NCBI GenBank assembly: GCA_036172245.1
Contig: JAYWIR010000019.1
Span: forward strand, 1,798,001-1,862,000
Source: Raillietiella orientalis
Taxonomy: Eukaryota
DNA: 64,000 bases
Direction: 5' to 3'
Positions 1-13,299 of this stretch are shown here, piece by piece; within the stretch, counting starts at the first letter, position 1; the number at the start of each line of letters is the position of its first letter. The notes under the pieces were generated by a model. That model had not been told where the DNA came from, did no database searches, and saw only the letters and a program-made list of their open reading frames with translations. A program made the position numbers and the translations under genes.

Positions 1-199
1 GAGTTAATTAATATTTAAGCATATAAGATTTCTGTACGTTTCTGCCGTTGTTCGTTACTGTACATTTCCTCCGACATTTCTGTCCATTTTTCTCCCCTAA
101 GATCACCTAAAGAAATTTCCATTATGGAACCGTTCAAGGGCATTTATACGGATCTTCATTTAACACCATTCATTTGTAATTGGAATACACACTTCCGCA

Positions 200-2345
200 G
201 TTAGAAACAACCTTCCAGGGTCAGTCCCATCCACACCAGACCTCGGTTTCTTTTCCCAATCCGACTGGTGGTAGGGTAGTCTGTTGGCCACCGACGAACT
301 TTATGACGGCGCCAATACACTGTTCCCCGCGTCAGCGCTGTCCCTGACAGTCACCGGGATCCTGGCGCTATCTTGGATCTCTGAGTGGCCGGATGTGTGG
401 TCATCGCACCCCGTTCTGAAGTTTGCTCAAAAATGTAGGGGTGCGTCCAGGATGGAAGGCGCATCACTTCATCAGCGTGTTCTTGTTTCCTTTTCAGCAA
501 CACCGTCAGAATATCTATGGCAGGTACATTTTCGCATCCAGACGGGGTGGCTTGTTACTCTCACTATGATGGATGCTTCGGACAATGAGACGATTGTAGT
601 GGCCATCAGGTTATAGGTAGGGACCTTCTCTTGATCTCCAAAGAGTTGCTTTGGTATTTCTGTCCTCTCCAGATTATAAAAGTTTTACTACCCCATAAAA
701 AAAAGAAGACAGATTTTGCTATTTTCCAGTCTCGAAATAGTTTGATAAATCGACATGTGGACCAGCCGTCGAGGTCCTGGTTGCCTTCTAGGGGTTGCTC
801 CACCAGTGTTTGATGCTAGAGTTGCACAAAATGTCCCCATGATAAAATGCCAGGAGATTCTCCTGTGCCACATGTGAGAGATCAGACCCCAAGGCACATG
901 GGGGTACTTACTGCCAGCACTTGGTATCTGAGCGAACTCACCTTCTTTAGGCCGCCCTTGGCCATACGCTGGGAAGATCTATAACTTCTTTTCGATTCTT
1001 GCGCTTGACACATACCAATTCTCTCTACACCTCCCTTGACTTATTCTAGATGACTAACTTTGCCACCACTCGTCTTACCTTTAAGGAGGAAATCAACTGA
1101 ACGCACACAGAGATTTGCTTTGGCAAGAATGTGGTGTTTTGCGCCTCTCGACGAATGAGGTATTCCCTTTGCCCTCGAATTATATTCATTCCACAGTTGG
1201 TTGCGAATTTTTTTTTGCAGAAGAAGCCATTTGCAGAACAAATCAAGGAAGGTGGGTCGGGAAGCAAAAAGTCAAGCGACGCAATTCCTTATCTGATCAA
1301 GCAAAGCACCATGTGCTGTGTGACGTTTGCTGCAGCAGTGTCACCGTTTGCCGTATGTGCGGAAGCCTGGAGTGCGCATTACTTCTTGCACGGTACTTTT
1401 TCGTTCTTTGAATCTTGTCTTGTGCATACGCAAGAGATGGTGTTATCCGGTTGATTACAAGAAGCAAAGGTAATGAGAGCTCCCACGAGTTTTGCATGCT
1501 GAAGAAGGGCGGGAATCTCCGCGGAGATTCTTAAGGCAATGCTGACACAGTACGGAAGAAGCCGTTGAGATATACATCGCAGAAATGTATACCAATGCAT
1601 GAGACTTTCAGGGACGGACCAAGTCCGATCGACAAAGATCCAAAAAGAAAATGATAATGAATACCACAATCAACAGAAGAAGAGTTGCCGACGAAACTGC
1701 TTCGGGACTTGATATTACTCGTGGTATAGGCGATTTCCATTACTACAGTAATCGGTTAACATAGTGTGGGATTGGTCCGAAGAATATAAAGTGAAGATAA
1801 ACATGCTTGCATGTGATACGCCGCACGATACAGCAATGAAGTTCCACCAGAATAATCACTGGCGATATGTATTCTACACTTCCAGTCAGGAAAAAACAAA
1901 GCAAAGCAAACCCTCGATGGAAAGGAAACATTTTCCACCAAAGCCTCAGATTCCACACCAACTGCTGGTAAAACAATATCGATCGAGTGCCTGCTAAGAT
2001 TCCGATGACCCTGCGATGATTCGTTTCTATTCGAAAGGAGAAAACACCAATTCAACAAACGGCCACAGTGGGCCTATTTGTAAATGCCAGGGACAATTTG
2101 AAGCCGTCGGCCCCATCTAAGTACGTGAGAAGGAGCTTCTGGGCAAGCAGCCTCCCAACACGTAGCTTCCAGACACTTCAACAACCGAAGTCACAAACAT
2201 CGCGGCGTCCGTGATGCAGCCCAGGCGGGTCACAGTGACCACTCCGTTTTCCCTCTGACGAAGGATCAGTGAAAAGGCAAACACTTTCCGAGTGGCGAAG
2301 CGGTGGATAAAGCCACACAAAATTGCTGGGTGCCCAGAAAACACT
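200..2345 (-). mobile_element. Decayed BEL/Pao LTR-retrotransposon pol relic (RT, RNase H, integrase N-terminus)
   Basis: Colinear degenerate Pao motifs across frameshifts on the - strand: ADGFKLSLAFTN (~GGF.LRKW.SN), LVWNL...GSVEYISPVII (~LG..WN...DPLG..SPVII), HILAKANL...KVSHLE (~AKSRV...IPRLE), SWHFI...LAS..HWWSNP (~W.HV...ASRG..WW.GP), PDGHYNRLIVRSIHH (~P..H..RLII...H). Judged by eye; boundaries approximate. Confidence 0.55.
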
Positions 2346-3150
2346 TCTTAAAGGAGTAGGGAAGTCTCTGGAGATGCGAATCGAGCGCGCCCCAAAACGG
2401 CGGTGGTTACATGGAAAAATCGTTGATGATAATGATTTTATTCCTTGGACAAAAAGGAAAGCCTGTGTGTGTGTGTGTATGCGTGTGTGTTTTTTTTATG
2501 CACTCGCGGCTTGCTTGGTAAAGCTGTACAGTCATCGCTACGTAAAAAGAGAGATCCGTCGCTCTCGTGCTCACTTTCCTCTAAGCGGTGAATGTGAAAC
2601 TGAAGATTACCGTAATGTATGTAAGATGTACGTTTCGAGAGGAAACCACATTTGGAGCCAACTTACAGATGCTATACACAATGAGGCGCGAGATTTGAAT
2701 TTTATTATTGGCACTCTCTGCCAATAATAAAATTCACAACTTCACAAAGTGAGACACTTCGGCCATGATGTCAACCAGCCAGACTGTTTTTCCGCCAACA
2801 GTTTTAAGTTATACTACTTCTGACGTACACTTATTTGTTAATTTCTTATTTCTAGCATCTGCAAAAAAAAACTGAAACGTGAATTCCAGAATTTTGTACC
2901 ATTTACGTTATTTTCATTAAATTTGAAAGTATTTTTGATTGAGGTTCACTTCGTGCAATTATGTTTCATACACTGTTGAGATATCCTTTATAACGAATTT
3001 GAGCTAGAAACGCAAATGTAACTTGTGGAGCACTCACTGTTTGGATATTTGCATCCTTTTTTGCAAATTAGTGAAGTCATCACCTGGTCAAGCAGATTTG
3101 GGATCATTTGATAAGATATCTGAGCATTTCATGATCAATAGAAATTATTA

Positions 3151-4172
3151 ATGTGCCTAACATTTTTATTTATAGCAGAACGGCCATGGCCTTTCAAATT
3201 AATTCTAGCCAGTAATCGGGATGAGTTTTATAACAGACCTAGTGTTCCAGCACATTTTTGGGCACACAATCCTGATATCTTGGCAGGGCAGGTATTTTAA
3301 GGGTTATCAGTATAAATTAATAAATCATTGCTCAGGATGAAGAAAGGGGCAAAGAAGGAGGAACATGGCTAGGGGTGAATAAAAATGGAAAAATTGGGGC
3401 TCTGTTAAATGTACTGCACAATCCAAAAGACAGTAAACTTCTTAAAGAACCAAGAGGAAGAGGCCAGCTTCCTAAAATTTTTTTAGAAAATTCTGATCTG
3501 GATGCTCATGGTTACATGAACAAAGTAATATCTGAAAGCAAAGAATACAACCCGTTTCATCTGCTGCTTCTTGAACAGAAGTCTGTAACACTATATATTG
3601 ACATCTTAACTGTGCATTAGAAACAATAATTACATAGGATTACATTATTCCAATGTATTGTTGGATGATTCAGCTGATGCAATTGAAGCTGGAACTCATG
3701 TGTTTGGAAATGCTGTGAAGGGAAAAAGTTTTCAGAAAATGGAAGCTGGAAAGCTGATGTTTGAGAAGATTTTGCTGGATGTCGAAAATGTTGCTCCATG
3801 TGATGTAAAAAAAGAGGCACTAGCCTACAAACTAGTGAAGATGCTGCAGTCAGAAGAGAGGTTTGCATGTTTTTCTTTAGTTTTTGTCAACACTAGATTT
3901 CAGACATTGGCCTGACCCTCAGATATTGCTTCAAGCACCACACCATCAAGTAAATTTTTTAGAAGCATTGAGTTCTATTAAAGTAGACATACCTGTAGCA
4001 GGATATGGTACAAGGTAGGATGCCTATAACTAAAACTGTTTAAAAGTCATGTAGGTGTCACACTGTCATTCTTGTTGATGATTCAAATTCGGTGCTATTT
4101 CTAGAAGTTCCCACTGAAGAAAATAAACCACATAATTTGCATCGGTTTACTCTTAAAGAAATAAATTCTTGA
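3151..4172 (+). CDS. TANGO2: Transport and Golgi organization protein 2 (NRDE family), 284 aa, 5 exons: 3151-3291, 3336-3580, 3621-3860, 3904-4014, 4055-4172
   Basis: N-terminus MCLTFLF...LILASNRDEFYNRPS, then GGTWLGVN..GKIGALLN, GRGQL, YNPFHLLL and GYGTRCHTVILVD. All four GT-AG introns (44, 40, 43, 40 nt) keep the frame; spliced length is 855 nt. Confidence 0.95.
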
Positions 4173-5842
4173 ATTGAAGTTATAAGGCCTAAACTACATT
4201 TCTCCTGGCCAAATTTGGAATTAAACATGCCTGTGACGAATCTGAATATTAAAGGTGTACAAATTCACTAAAACTAAAATCTATGATAATTTTTCAAGTG
4301 AATATGAACTAGAATAATTCCTTTTAATGACACTTTACTACTTCGAGGTTACAAATAAGAGCAGAATTCATGGTCAACAGTTAAAGCAAAAGACATGCAT
4401 TCACATGGGCTGAAATTATGTATTAATTTTTCATTCTAATGTGATGATACTTGAACAACAGTTAATTGTGACTAAGTGTGCATCTTGCTCCATATCAGAA
4501 TATCTAAGTAACGTTTGTAGATCATTCTGTGAGAATAATTTTTCAGACTTGAAACAATGCAGAGGCTGTTACTACAGAAACGTAATTCCTTCTGAAGTCA
4601 AAAGAAGTGGCATTTTAACCAGTTAGTCATCTTGGCAGTTGCTGCTGTACCTGCACTTGCATAGCACTGAACTATAATTTAAGTTACATATACATACAAT
4701 TAACCAGAGAAATATTGTTTAATTTATTAGTCAAATGCATAAATCATTCTTTATTCCCTTCAAATATTACTAGTAAAAAAATATTTGAATTTTCAAAGCA
4801 ATTAGATTAGATTTTGAGCAGAATTTGTATAAAGCATAAGCTCTTCAGGTGAAGTCAACTTTTGCCTCATATTTGCATGTCAAGTACATCTCCATAGTTG
4901 TGCATTAAAGTTAGAGGTCACAGCTTTACCACAATAAATCTACTTGAATTTAATTGGATGAAGATATTAAATATTATTCCACATCCACACTTTCTCAAAT
5001 TGCCATATGAACATACATGTTTGTTAACAGTCAATCATCATTTTGTTAGTTACTGCTAGACTATCACTTGGTGGTAAGAAGGAAACTGACTGCAAAAAGC
5101 ATCTCCAATATTACATCACAAGTTCCAACTACTTTTTGTTAATACCACGGAAAGTGTTAATAGGTAAACATGCTGCATAAGAGAATTCAATATCTTGTTG
5201 CCCTTCATCATCCTGTATCCACCTTTATGCCACAACTCTCAAATTGACTCACACAATGAGAGTCTACCAATCTAAAAGGGTGACTGCACCTCATTTATAA
5301 GATATTTCTGAGCCTCCTATAAGATCCTTTTTTTCCAACACGACTCTCCTTTAGAAATCACTGTACTGGTCATTTCCAGAACTAGCAGGATGACTAGAAA
5401 TGAATATTCAGTTTATTACCTACATAAGCATTTCAAATGAGACAAATATCAGTCCACATGTTTGAGTTTCCTATGTCATATAAACAGCTTTAGGCTCCCT
5501 TTGTAAACTAATTTTGATTTCAGTATCTTAATGCATTTTTAATATCCGCTCTCTTGTTTCTGAGCACTCCTCTCCATTGTGTCTTACCTTTAAGTGACTG
5601 GCTCATACTGGGGCTTTCTTAAAAACGAGAGCTCTTTGGCATGAGGCCTGTTGCCATTCTGCGATATACCAATATGCAGGAAATTTCAACATTTGACTGG
5701 GCCATGCAAATGCAGCAGTTTGGCAACTCTTGATTGCAGTTTATATTAAAACATCGGATGAGGTTACAACAAAAATCAAAACTCCGAAATCTGAGATGCC
5801 TTTTTAAATTTACTGGAACTCATTCACTAGGTGCAATCCTTT

Positions 5843-6628
5843 TCAAGTTACATAGTACACACTATTTTGTATGATTTCGGATAAACTGCTTTTTCCTAGT
5901 AGCTTACCTGAACGATTGCAATTTTGGCAACGCCACTTCACTTTGCACTGGCTTTTCTCGACAGCGTATGCTGACGGTTCCTATTTGATGAAGTTCTAGA
6001 AATTTAACTTACACAAAGTTCATGATCAGCTGTATTCGGAAAAGGCATCGATCGATTGTGAAAGTATAAATGGTGTTTTCAGATTTGTACAGTTAATAAC
6101 TTCGTCTGCTGATCTACTGACTTCACCAACCATGGATGCAAACAGCTTATCCACTTTACGCGTCAGTTTGCACCACTTTAGTTTCCTCCTGATCAGGGTT
6201 ACATTATCAATCTCATTACCTACATTCTCTATGTACTCGAAAAATATGCTTTTTTTTGCATTCTTTTTTTCTTTAATGAAATAACGACCAGGAGCAGCCT
6301 TTTTCTCATTTGTTCAAAACTTTGATCAAAAAATTACTTTGGTTGATAATTTCTCTATGCACCGAACCTTAATGCACAATCTGAATCCTCTGGATTTTCT
6401 TCAGCATTGGATACTTGACGACTTTTCCGTGGACATGACACGCACAGGAATTGTACGGTAATTTTTGAGCAATCTGGGAGAGAACACAATTGCACTCTCT
6501 TTTTTGCGCCCACTGTGCACTTCCATTTGTAGTCTTATCAGTCGACTTGATCTTGTGAAAATTCATTTTTTCTTGTCCAGTTAATAGCCGCATTGCATAC
6601 CCAGCTTAGGTGGGAAATGCTTCTCCAT
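5843..6628 (-). CDS. Candidate C18orf21/RMP24-like (UPF0711; Rpp21-like zinc ribbon) protein, about 116 aa; exons 6628-6601, 6473-6368, 6188-6127, 6029-6013, 5980-5843
   Basis: Phase-consistent GT-AG model gives MEKHFPPKLDCSKITVQFLCVSC...ALRRKLKWCKLTRKVDKLFASMVADHELCEPSAYAVEKSQCKVKWRCQNCNRSGKLLGKSS. It has two CxxC motifs and resembles recalled human C18orf21 segments (RLKPKARLTPKIQKLL; ITCKTCNRTVKHHGKS). The first exon and 3' end are uncertain; a GTAAGC donor near 5907 could give an alternative C-terminus. Confidence 0.5.
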
Positions 6629-8779
6629 TTCTGACTTTTTTCTGTTCCTTTCTTTTATCCACTTAAATAATTCACAGCATCTTTTATTAACAACTATGGA
6701 ACCTTGGAGGGGGGGGGGAAGTTATTGTAACGAGAGGTATAGTCTTTTGTAAGGCCGGAGGTAGTTCAGCAATGACTATCATGTGGATCCTCGATGAGCC
6801 ACAGTGTAATCCTTTGAATCTTTTGTGCTGTGTGGAATTTGGAAGTTGTGACCTTATAAGTGATCCTGGTATCCAATAATATGGATTTCAGTGCTGTCAG
6901 TGACAAGGTCAGGAACTTTGAGAGTTGAAAACGGGAATATGCATTGATTTGTCGTGTGGTTCTATCTTTGATGCGATTCACTTCATGACAGTTTAGTTTA
7001 CGGCTCAATTGATGCATTTGAAAAAAGTAAGTTGCTGATGGTGTCCGTAGAGGGTTTAATCTTTGTTTTCTTTTACATTCACGCTATCTAAAAACTGAAC
7101 ATTGAACCTCAATGCACCACTATGTAGCAACGTCCAACACTTTTTTTGTAGAAATGAAGTTGTTCTTTCCTCATTATTTATGTATTGCACAGACTTAAGC
7201 AATGTTGAAAATTTGAGTAATACTTGTGTTTATTGTTTTTTCATTCCCTACCGCTTATTTAAAGGAATTTGCTTATCTTCAAAAAGATTAAGAAGAAATA
7301 AGCACTTTTTCTTTTTTCTAAATCGGTTTGGTACTCGTTTATGATGTTTTCAAATTTTCTTGTCCATTTTTGTTCTCTCAAATCAGTTTGTTTTACAATG
7401 AAATTTTGAATAAGCTTGTCTTTCACACATCAACAGTATTTCATTAAACTAGAAAAACAATTTTGTCATCAAATAATTAAATGATGAAGAAGCACTTCTT
7501 TCCTTAGAATTTGTTTATATGTCAAATGTTTGTTTACCTGAGGATTTTCTATTTATTGCATCTGTCGTCGCTCTCAGAAGTCGTGCAAAGGAACTTCCGA
7601 GTAAGCAGTCCGAGTGACTTGAAAAGTTAAGCTCGGCAGGATACGCAACACAGATGATTTTTCTTCTTCTTCTCCTTCTTCATTCTCTTCTTATGGGTGA
7701 CTAAATATTTGGCATTAATTTATCATTTTTCAAAATTTAAGCGGTTCATTCTTTTGTCCTGTATTCCATATGAATCACACACAGAAAAGGACAGGCATTT
7801 TTGAAAAGACATTCACTTACCATGACTAATATGGAGGGAACCAATCTTTACGTTTTGAATGAGACTTGAACGAACAAAAGAATGAAATATTTGGATTCAG
7901 AGTTTGGATTCAATGCTAAGTACTCAAAGCAGGAATCCATCCAAGAACTAGATTCTGGTTACGGCCCGACATGAGCTTTTAAAAGGGCTTTAAACCTCGT
8001 GTCACTGTCTGAACTATTACTGGAATTAATGGAACAACGTGCACCCAGGTGAACAGATCAGATGCACTTATATTGCTAAGTGTATCTGTTGTATTTTTTC
8101 CTATTTAGCTACGTACTTTTTTAAGCTTTCCAATTGCATGAGATTCTTATTTTTCGAAATGAATAACCCTGAAACACAAAAAGAATTTTTTGTAAAAGTA
8201 GAGTGAGAGATACTAGGATTCAATAAACTTGCACCAAATAATTAACAGCAATAGAAAAATTATCTGAATTTATTAGTGAATCCTTGCACATTACAATACA
8301 GTCAGTTTCAAAGTACCCATAAAGTTGAAATTATCTACAAAGAAGCTGAAAATTCCTGGATCTGATTGAATTTATGAAATAAAAGAGATTGATAGTTAGG
8401 AATGCAAGCATTTCAAATGGAACAAATAAATATGCTGTATGAGAAATATTCGCGAATCATGTAAACAAACAACTACAATTTAGTTAGGAAATAAAATGCA
8501 AACAATCTTTTGTTCGAGTCTCTTCATCTCCCGCTTAATGTCTTTTGTTTTCTTATTATTGGAGAAAGTTTATTCGGAGCACAAACCATGGACAGTCATC
8601 TATTAAGGAAAGGACTTCATGGACATCTTCACTCTGTTTACAAAAGCTGGTTCCGTAGTGATTGCCTCTACCTTCAGGAGTCTGCGTCGCAAATCTTGGT
8701 CCTCAGGCTGTAAGAGTCCTGGGAGCGGCACCGGAGCTTCATCCGGAAAGTGACCTAGCTGATGGGACCTCGGTAGATA

Positions 8780-10510
8780 TCTCTGGTTCCATGAGGTTGT
8801 CGAGGTGAAGCACCCACAGTACTCTCAGAACCTCTTTGTTTTGAGGGCCCCGTGACCCGAAGTAGCGGGGATTAAACAGAGGCTGGGGTTACGGAAAAGG
8901 ATGCACTGCCACGGGAAATTTAAATTCAGAATCACCACATGCAAGGATGCACAAGCAAAAGCCCTCAAGGCGGAAATGGACTTAAAAAATCGAAAATTCA
9001 GTGACGATGTGAAAGCAGCCATGTTAAGAAATAGAGTGCACGTGAAGGGAAAACATCGCTTCATTCGAAACAGAGTACTCGAAGGTTATGTCCCCTTTCC
9101 AAACCATTAAACAGGTCTTTGATTCTTCACGAGGATTCAGATTCTCCAGCCAACTCTGACTCATGTATTCTGCCACCACTATTCTTGGATGTGAATGAAT
9201 TCACGCTCATCTTGACTCCGTAATCACGTGTGCACATACTCGTTTGATACAGTCATTCATCCTATGTTGCTCTCTTTGGGTTGTTCCTTGTGTGTTTTGC
9301 ACCTGATTCTGGTGTTCATCATTCCTACTCTCATTATTCATGTAGCATGACACCAGGTGTTCATAAATTTCCACGGGCAGCTTTACGGTGGAGCTAAAAA
9401 AACAAAAAAAACATCAAATTCAAAAATTGCATACCATGCGAATCGAATACGTAGAATTCGGGAATGTGCGAATGCATTTGAATTCGAGAAAGAATTTCGG
9501 AAGATCCAGGTCGAGGGGTTTCTCTGGTTTTCTCAGTCATGAAGGAATTAGAACTTGGTGCGTGCGGGGATCACTGCTGGTGTTTGGTTCACAAACGGCA
9601 CACAAACCGTGATTTATTTACAAGAGTTCGCAAAAAATGAAGGGGAATTTCATGCACTCTTCACAACACTCTTTGAATTCCAGGTATACCGAAGTTCGAC
9701 TCTGAGCCAACCGAAGTGTTGTCTTGTGCGATCATGGGTGTTGTACGAAATAGTCATCCATCGGACTTTTGGATAATAGGCAGTGATTTGTAGAAAAGAC
9801 AGCATTGGTCATGATCACCTGGAAACACCATTTCTGAGGAAGCCTCCGAGCTGAGAACTGAGCTTACGAGGGTGTGCAATGCCAAAGCATATAGGTATTC
9901 CATGTGGCTGCATGTATCCTGTTTATTACCTATGTTTAAATTGAATCCATCTGACGTTAAGAATCTCGGCCTGAATTTGATAACCACGAAGAAGGAAGGA
10001 AGTAGCACATTGAAAATGCACCTGCACATTCTTTCACCTGAAGATCTCTGGAGGAGACGACTGGAAACGACGAAACTTGCTCTACTAGTATGACTGCATG
10101 CATTCATTGAGGGGGGGAAACCGGTGAGTGTTCAAGAGAAATCAGCTGGAGGAATTCCAGTCGATCTTTCAGATAAGAACGGATTTGCTTATTGAATTCC
10201 CAATTGGAATTATGATTTCCTCAGAGAACAGATGGGAAATATAACGCGTCGGCAAGAAGATGAAGCATTTTCGATTCGACGTCTTCAGGTTAATGGGCAC
10301 ACAGCATACTTTAGCCACGAAACTTCCCATTTTTTCATCATCGGATAATCCATCCAGTTGGTCTCCATGGTGATGTGCTGCCGATCGGGAGAAACTGCTA
10401 CGAGTATGTGAGCCAAAATTCCAGCACGAGCAATAAACAGCGCCAGCCTTCAAGCTGATTATAATATGGGTCGCATTTTCAGAGGGAAAATGCAGCTTCC
10501 CCATTGGACC
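8780..10510 (-). mobile_element. Decayed BEL/Pao gag relic
   Basis: GKLHFP...CWNF...DQLDGLSDDEKMG...NHNSNWEF resembles the DUF1759 pattern (KLP.F.G..W..F...LSD.EK..YL...NY..AW.L). Degenerate zinc-knuckle remnants (LCLIPATSGHGA) occur near 8,850. Confidence 0.4.
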
Positions 10511-11767
10511 GGATCCCTTTCAGTTTCTCCGCAAAGAGTCAGTCAGTCAGGAAAATTTCATCACAATGCCGGTGTCTTGTGCGGTTTCCCGATCAAGAAT
10601 CGCTCAGGCGTCTAATAGAATGGGATGCCGGAATCTCACTGTCTTCCTTATTACTGTGAATTATTCTCTTGTCATTGAAAGCCATTAGTTTGCTTTAGTT
10701 CAGTCGGCTTCAAAACCTTATGCGCGCGCCTTTGCTGTTAATGGGGGAAAGCCAAAAGTACACGGTGGCCTCCAAACTGGGCACCACATCCATCAACAGG
10801 AATATGGAAAAAACGCTTGGAACCTCCCTGGGTTGACTTGAAATTCCTGCAGAGGAGATGCCCAACGTCGGGTAAGAGTTCAGCGGAGCACTGCTACAGG
10901 CTGCTTATTCACTTGAAGTGAAAACAAGAAACATGGAACGGGGCGGCGGTCACCTGAGAATCAACCGACTTGGAGGGAGCTAGACCAATATTTGTCCTGA
11001 TCACATATAGTGACCGCTCTAATTTAATCCCGGATTGTTTGCACATCTTTGTCCTCACAGACTTAAGCTTCTCTCGAAAGTGGCATTCAAGGATCAAGAA
11101 GTGAGAAAAGTGTCTAAAAAAAAAAAAGCAACAGTCTGGTCTCAAAATGGGTTAGCAACAAACGTCCTTCGGGAAGGAAAATAAATTCGTGAGATGTGAC
11201 CAAAGCGAAGAAGAGTCCAGGTAAAAAGAAAAAAAAAAAGGAGGCAATTAAAGCTTTATTAACCGAGATGAATTCCAAGGTAAGTCGTCTGCTAGAGGAA
11301 AGTCGCAGAAAATGAGGAAAAAGTATCACTGCTTTACACTGCTTGAAGATGACAACGAAATACGATGAATCCATAGCTCCCAAACAGTGCAACGATACAA
11401 TAGAATGAAGATTCTAGATTCTAGATTTTAGATTGAGTTCCAGCCGTAGGTTCGCATGATATCATTCAAAGGAAGGTGACAGCAGCAAAGTCTTTTCAAA
11501 ATTCCACTCCTTGTTTGTGAATCGCGTCAGTTTGGCAAAGACACGTGGGCATCGTCTTAATGTTTCTCGGTAGGGAAAGGGCCAAATTAGAGTATCTGTG
11601 CTGGGCATAATCATCATCACAGAGCAAACAGACTTTTGATCTCGAGGGAAGGCATACTCCAATTGTGAATTTGATTACAAACCTAATTAGGAGAGAGTTC
11701 TGGACTTTCTCAAGATTTGTGCTCACTGATGTGTTTTTTTTTTTTTTTTTTTTGGGGGGGGGGGGAG

Positions 11768-12281
11768 GTAGTAGGTAACACTTCCGTGATCTCATCGTAA
11801 AGTATCAGTGGAATCCGTATGCACGTGAAGGTCCAAGACTGAGACTTGTGGAGATGAAGTACGTTTAGCTTGACTGCTCAAAATGGTCCTCGAAGAGCTC
11901 TGTGTAGAAGCATTCTGACTATTTGCATGTGGTTTCAAATATTCTTTATCGTTACCGTTTATTCATAGGGTCAAAGATTATTTGAATATGAACAAAAGCT
12001 TAGCATAATGCTCACTTTGTATAACCATCCATTTTTCAACTGCATTTTTTTTTTTTTCCACTAAAACTCTTATTATTTTGACAGCATACATTAATAAATT
12101 AAGTCGGGTTTCTAGTAAATTCCACTCTTTGGATTCCATTTGTGTGTGCATGTGTGTAACCACATTTCACAAATTATTTAAAAGTTGCATTATTCGTGCA
12201 ATGCGATAGACAATTTTACTTTCAAAGCAACATGGTCTCCCTGTTCCTCATGCTCTGGCTTCCGAAAAGGTCGGCAGGTTG
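11768..12281. repeat. Left arm of a ~0.5 kb inverted duplication (partner 15480-16055)
   Basis: Long near-identical reverse-complement blocks, e.g. 11961 attcatagggtcaaagattattt vs 15783 aaataatctttgaccctatgaat. The A/T homopolymer is shared by both arms. Confidence 0.95.
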
Positions 12282-12620
12282 AAGTGTTTGATTCGTGGAA
12301 GCTATTTGGAAAGAGCTACATAGCAAGCTAGGATCTAGAACCCTTTTTATTTCATTTTGCTGCATTTCCTGAGTAGACCAATTTCCCGAGTCCTTGAACC
12401 GTGATTCTGTCGGGATCCGCAAGCTAGCTCTGTAACGTGCTGGTAATTCATCAGCTCTATTCCTTTTACAAAATGGAAGTTTCACACTGTTCCGTTTGAA
12501 GACAAAACGATTGTAAGAAACGATTTCGCAAATGCTCGTTGTTTACCTGGAGGTTGCATGAAATTCAAAGTTGGCGTGGTAAGGGCAGAAATAATGCCTA
12601 TGGACATGTAACTCATATAG
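11768..12620 (-). mobile_element. Decayed BEL/Pao pol (pre-RT/RT) relic; contains the left arm of an inverted duplication
   Basis: FAKSFLTIV..NGTV/KLPFCK...ELPARYRASLRI.TESRFKD (~F..T....GRY.V.LPFK...LP.N...A..RL...E.RF), followed by QVSVLDL....TDTL (~KVLGL.W....D.L). Confidence 0.5.
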
Positions 12621-13299
12621 AACAAATCCAAAAAGAGCAACCACATAGAGAGAAATAAGAGCAACTCAAAAAAAAGGATCCATCCGTTTCATATTTAGGA
12701 GTTTTAAAAGGCTGAGGAGAATAAAAAAGAAAGTAATGCTAGTAAACACAGCTTCTGATAATTATACTGGCAAGCCGGATTTTAAACGTGCATGAGGTAG
12801 AATGAATGTTGTATTGGCATGAAAACTGTTTTACCTGAGTGGGAACCGAACCGAAAACCATGCGTTTTCGTCGTAAACGGGGGAGCTTTCTTCAGTGTAT
12901 TATTAATACTTTCTTTAACATGCAGTCATCAATTCAGGACTACTGATCCATTCAACTCCGTTCCATAAAACAAAATCAGAGGTTCAGTGTCGGGAAAAAA
13001 TCACATTTTCTTCTTTTGATTGGACGATCCGAGCCAATGCAGCTTGAAAAGGTGGTGATGTCTTCAAAATCGTAGGAAGTCTGAATGCAATCAGTACAAA
13101 AGTGATCTTTTTAAATAGAAGAGCTTGTTTCTAGCCGGGATCGTAGCTATGTTAAGCTCAAGTTTCTGACGATGCCTGGAAAATAGGCACGGTCGGAAGA
13201 CATCACATGGATCGTTTGTAGAAAAAATTATGCTGGAAACGACTTCCTAGCTTTTCTCTTCCTCGCTGGAGACAAACGGAGAATGTCAATCGAAATGAA

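Noticed and set aside
6766..7017. Integrase-core-like fragment (DRTTRQINAY...SILLDTRIT)
   Set aside because: Possible further LTR relic, but the similarity is too thin to list as a feature.
9357..10120. LYGG/LRGG/ISGG motifs suggesting a ubiquitin-like or adenain-cleaved polyprotein
   Set aside because: Scattered over broken frames; the opposite strand is better explained as Pao gag.
200..10510. A single Pao element (gag at 8.8-10.5 kb, pol at 0.2-2.3 kb) that captured TANGO2 and its neighbour
   Set aside because: Order and strand fit, but the genes retain introns, no LTRs are visible, and Pao fragments are so common here that coincidence is likely.
11765..11780. let-7-like gaggtagtaggt
   Set aside because: Only 12 nt match, no hairpin, and it lies at the edge of the duplicated relic.
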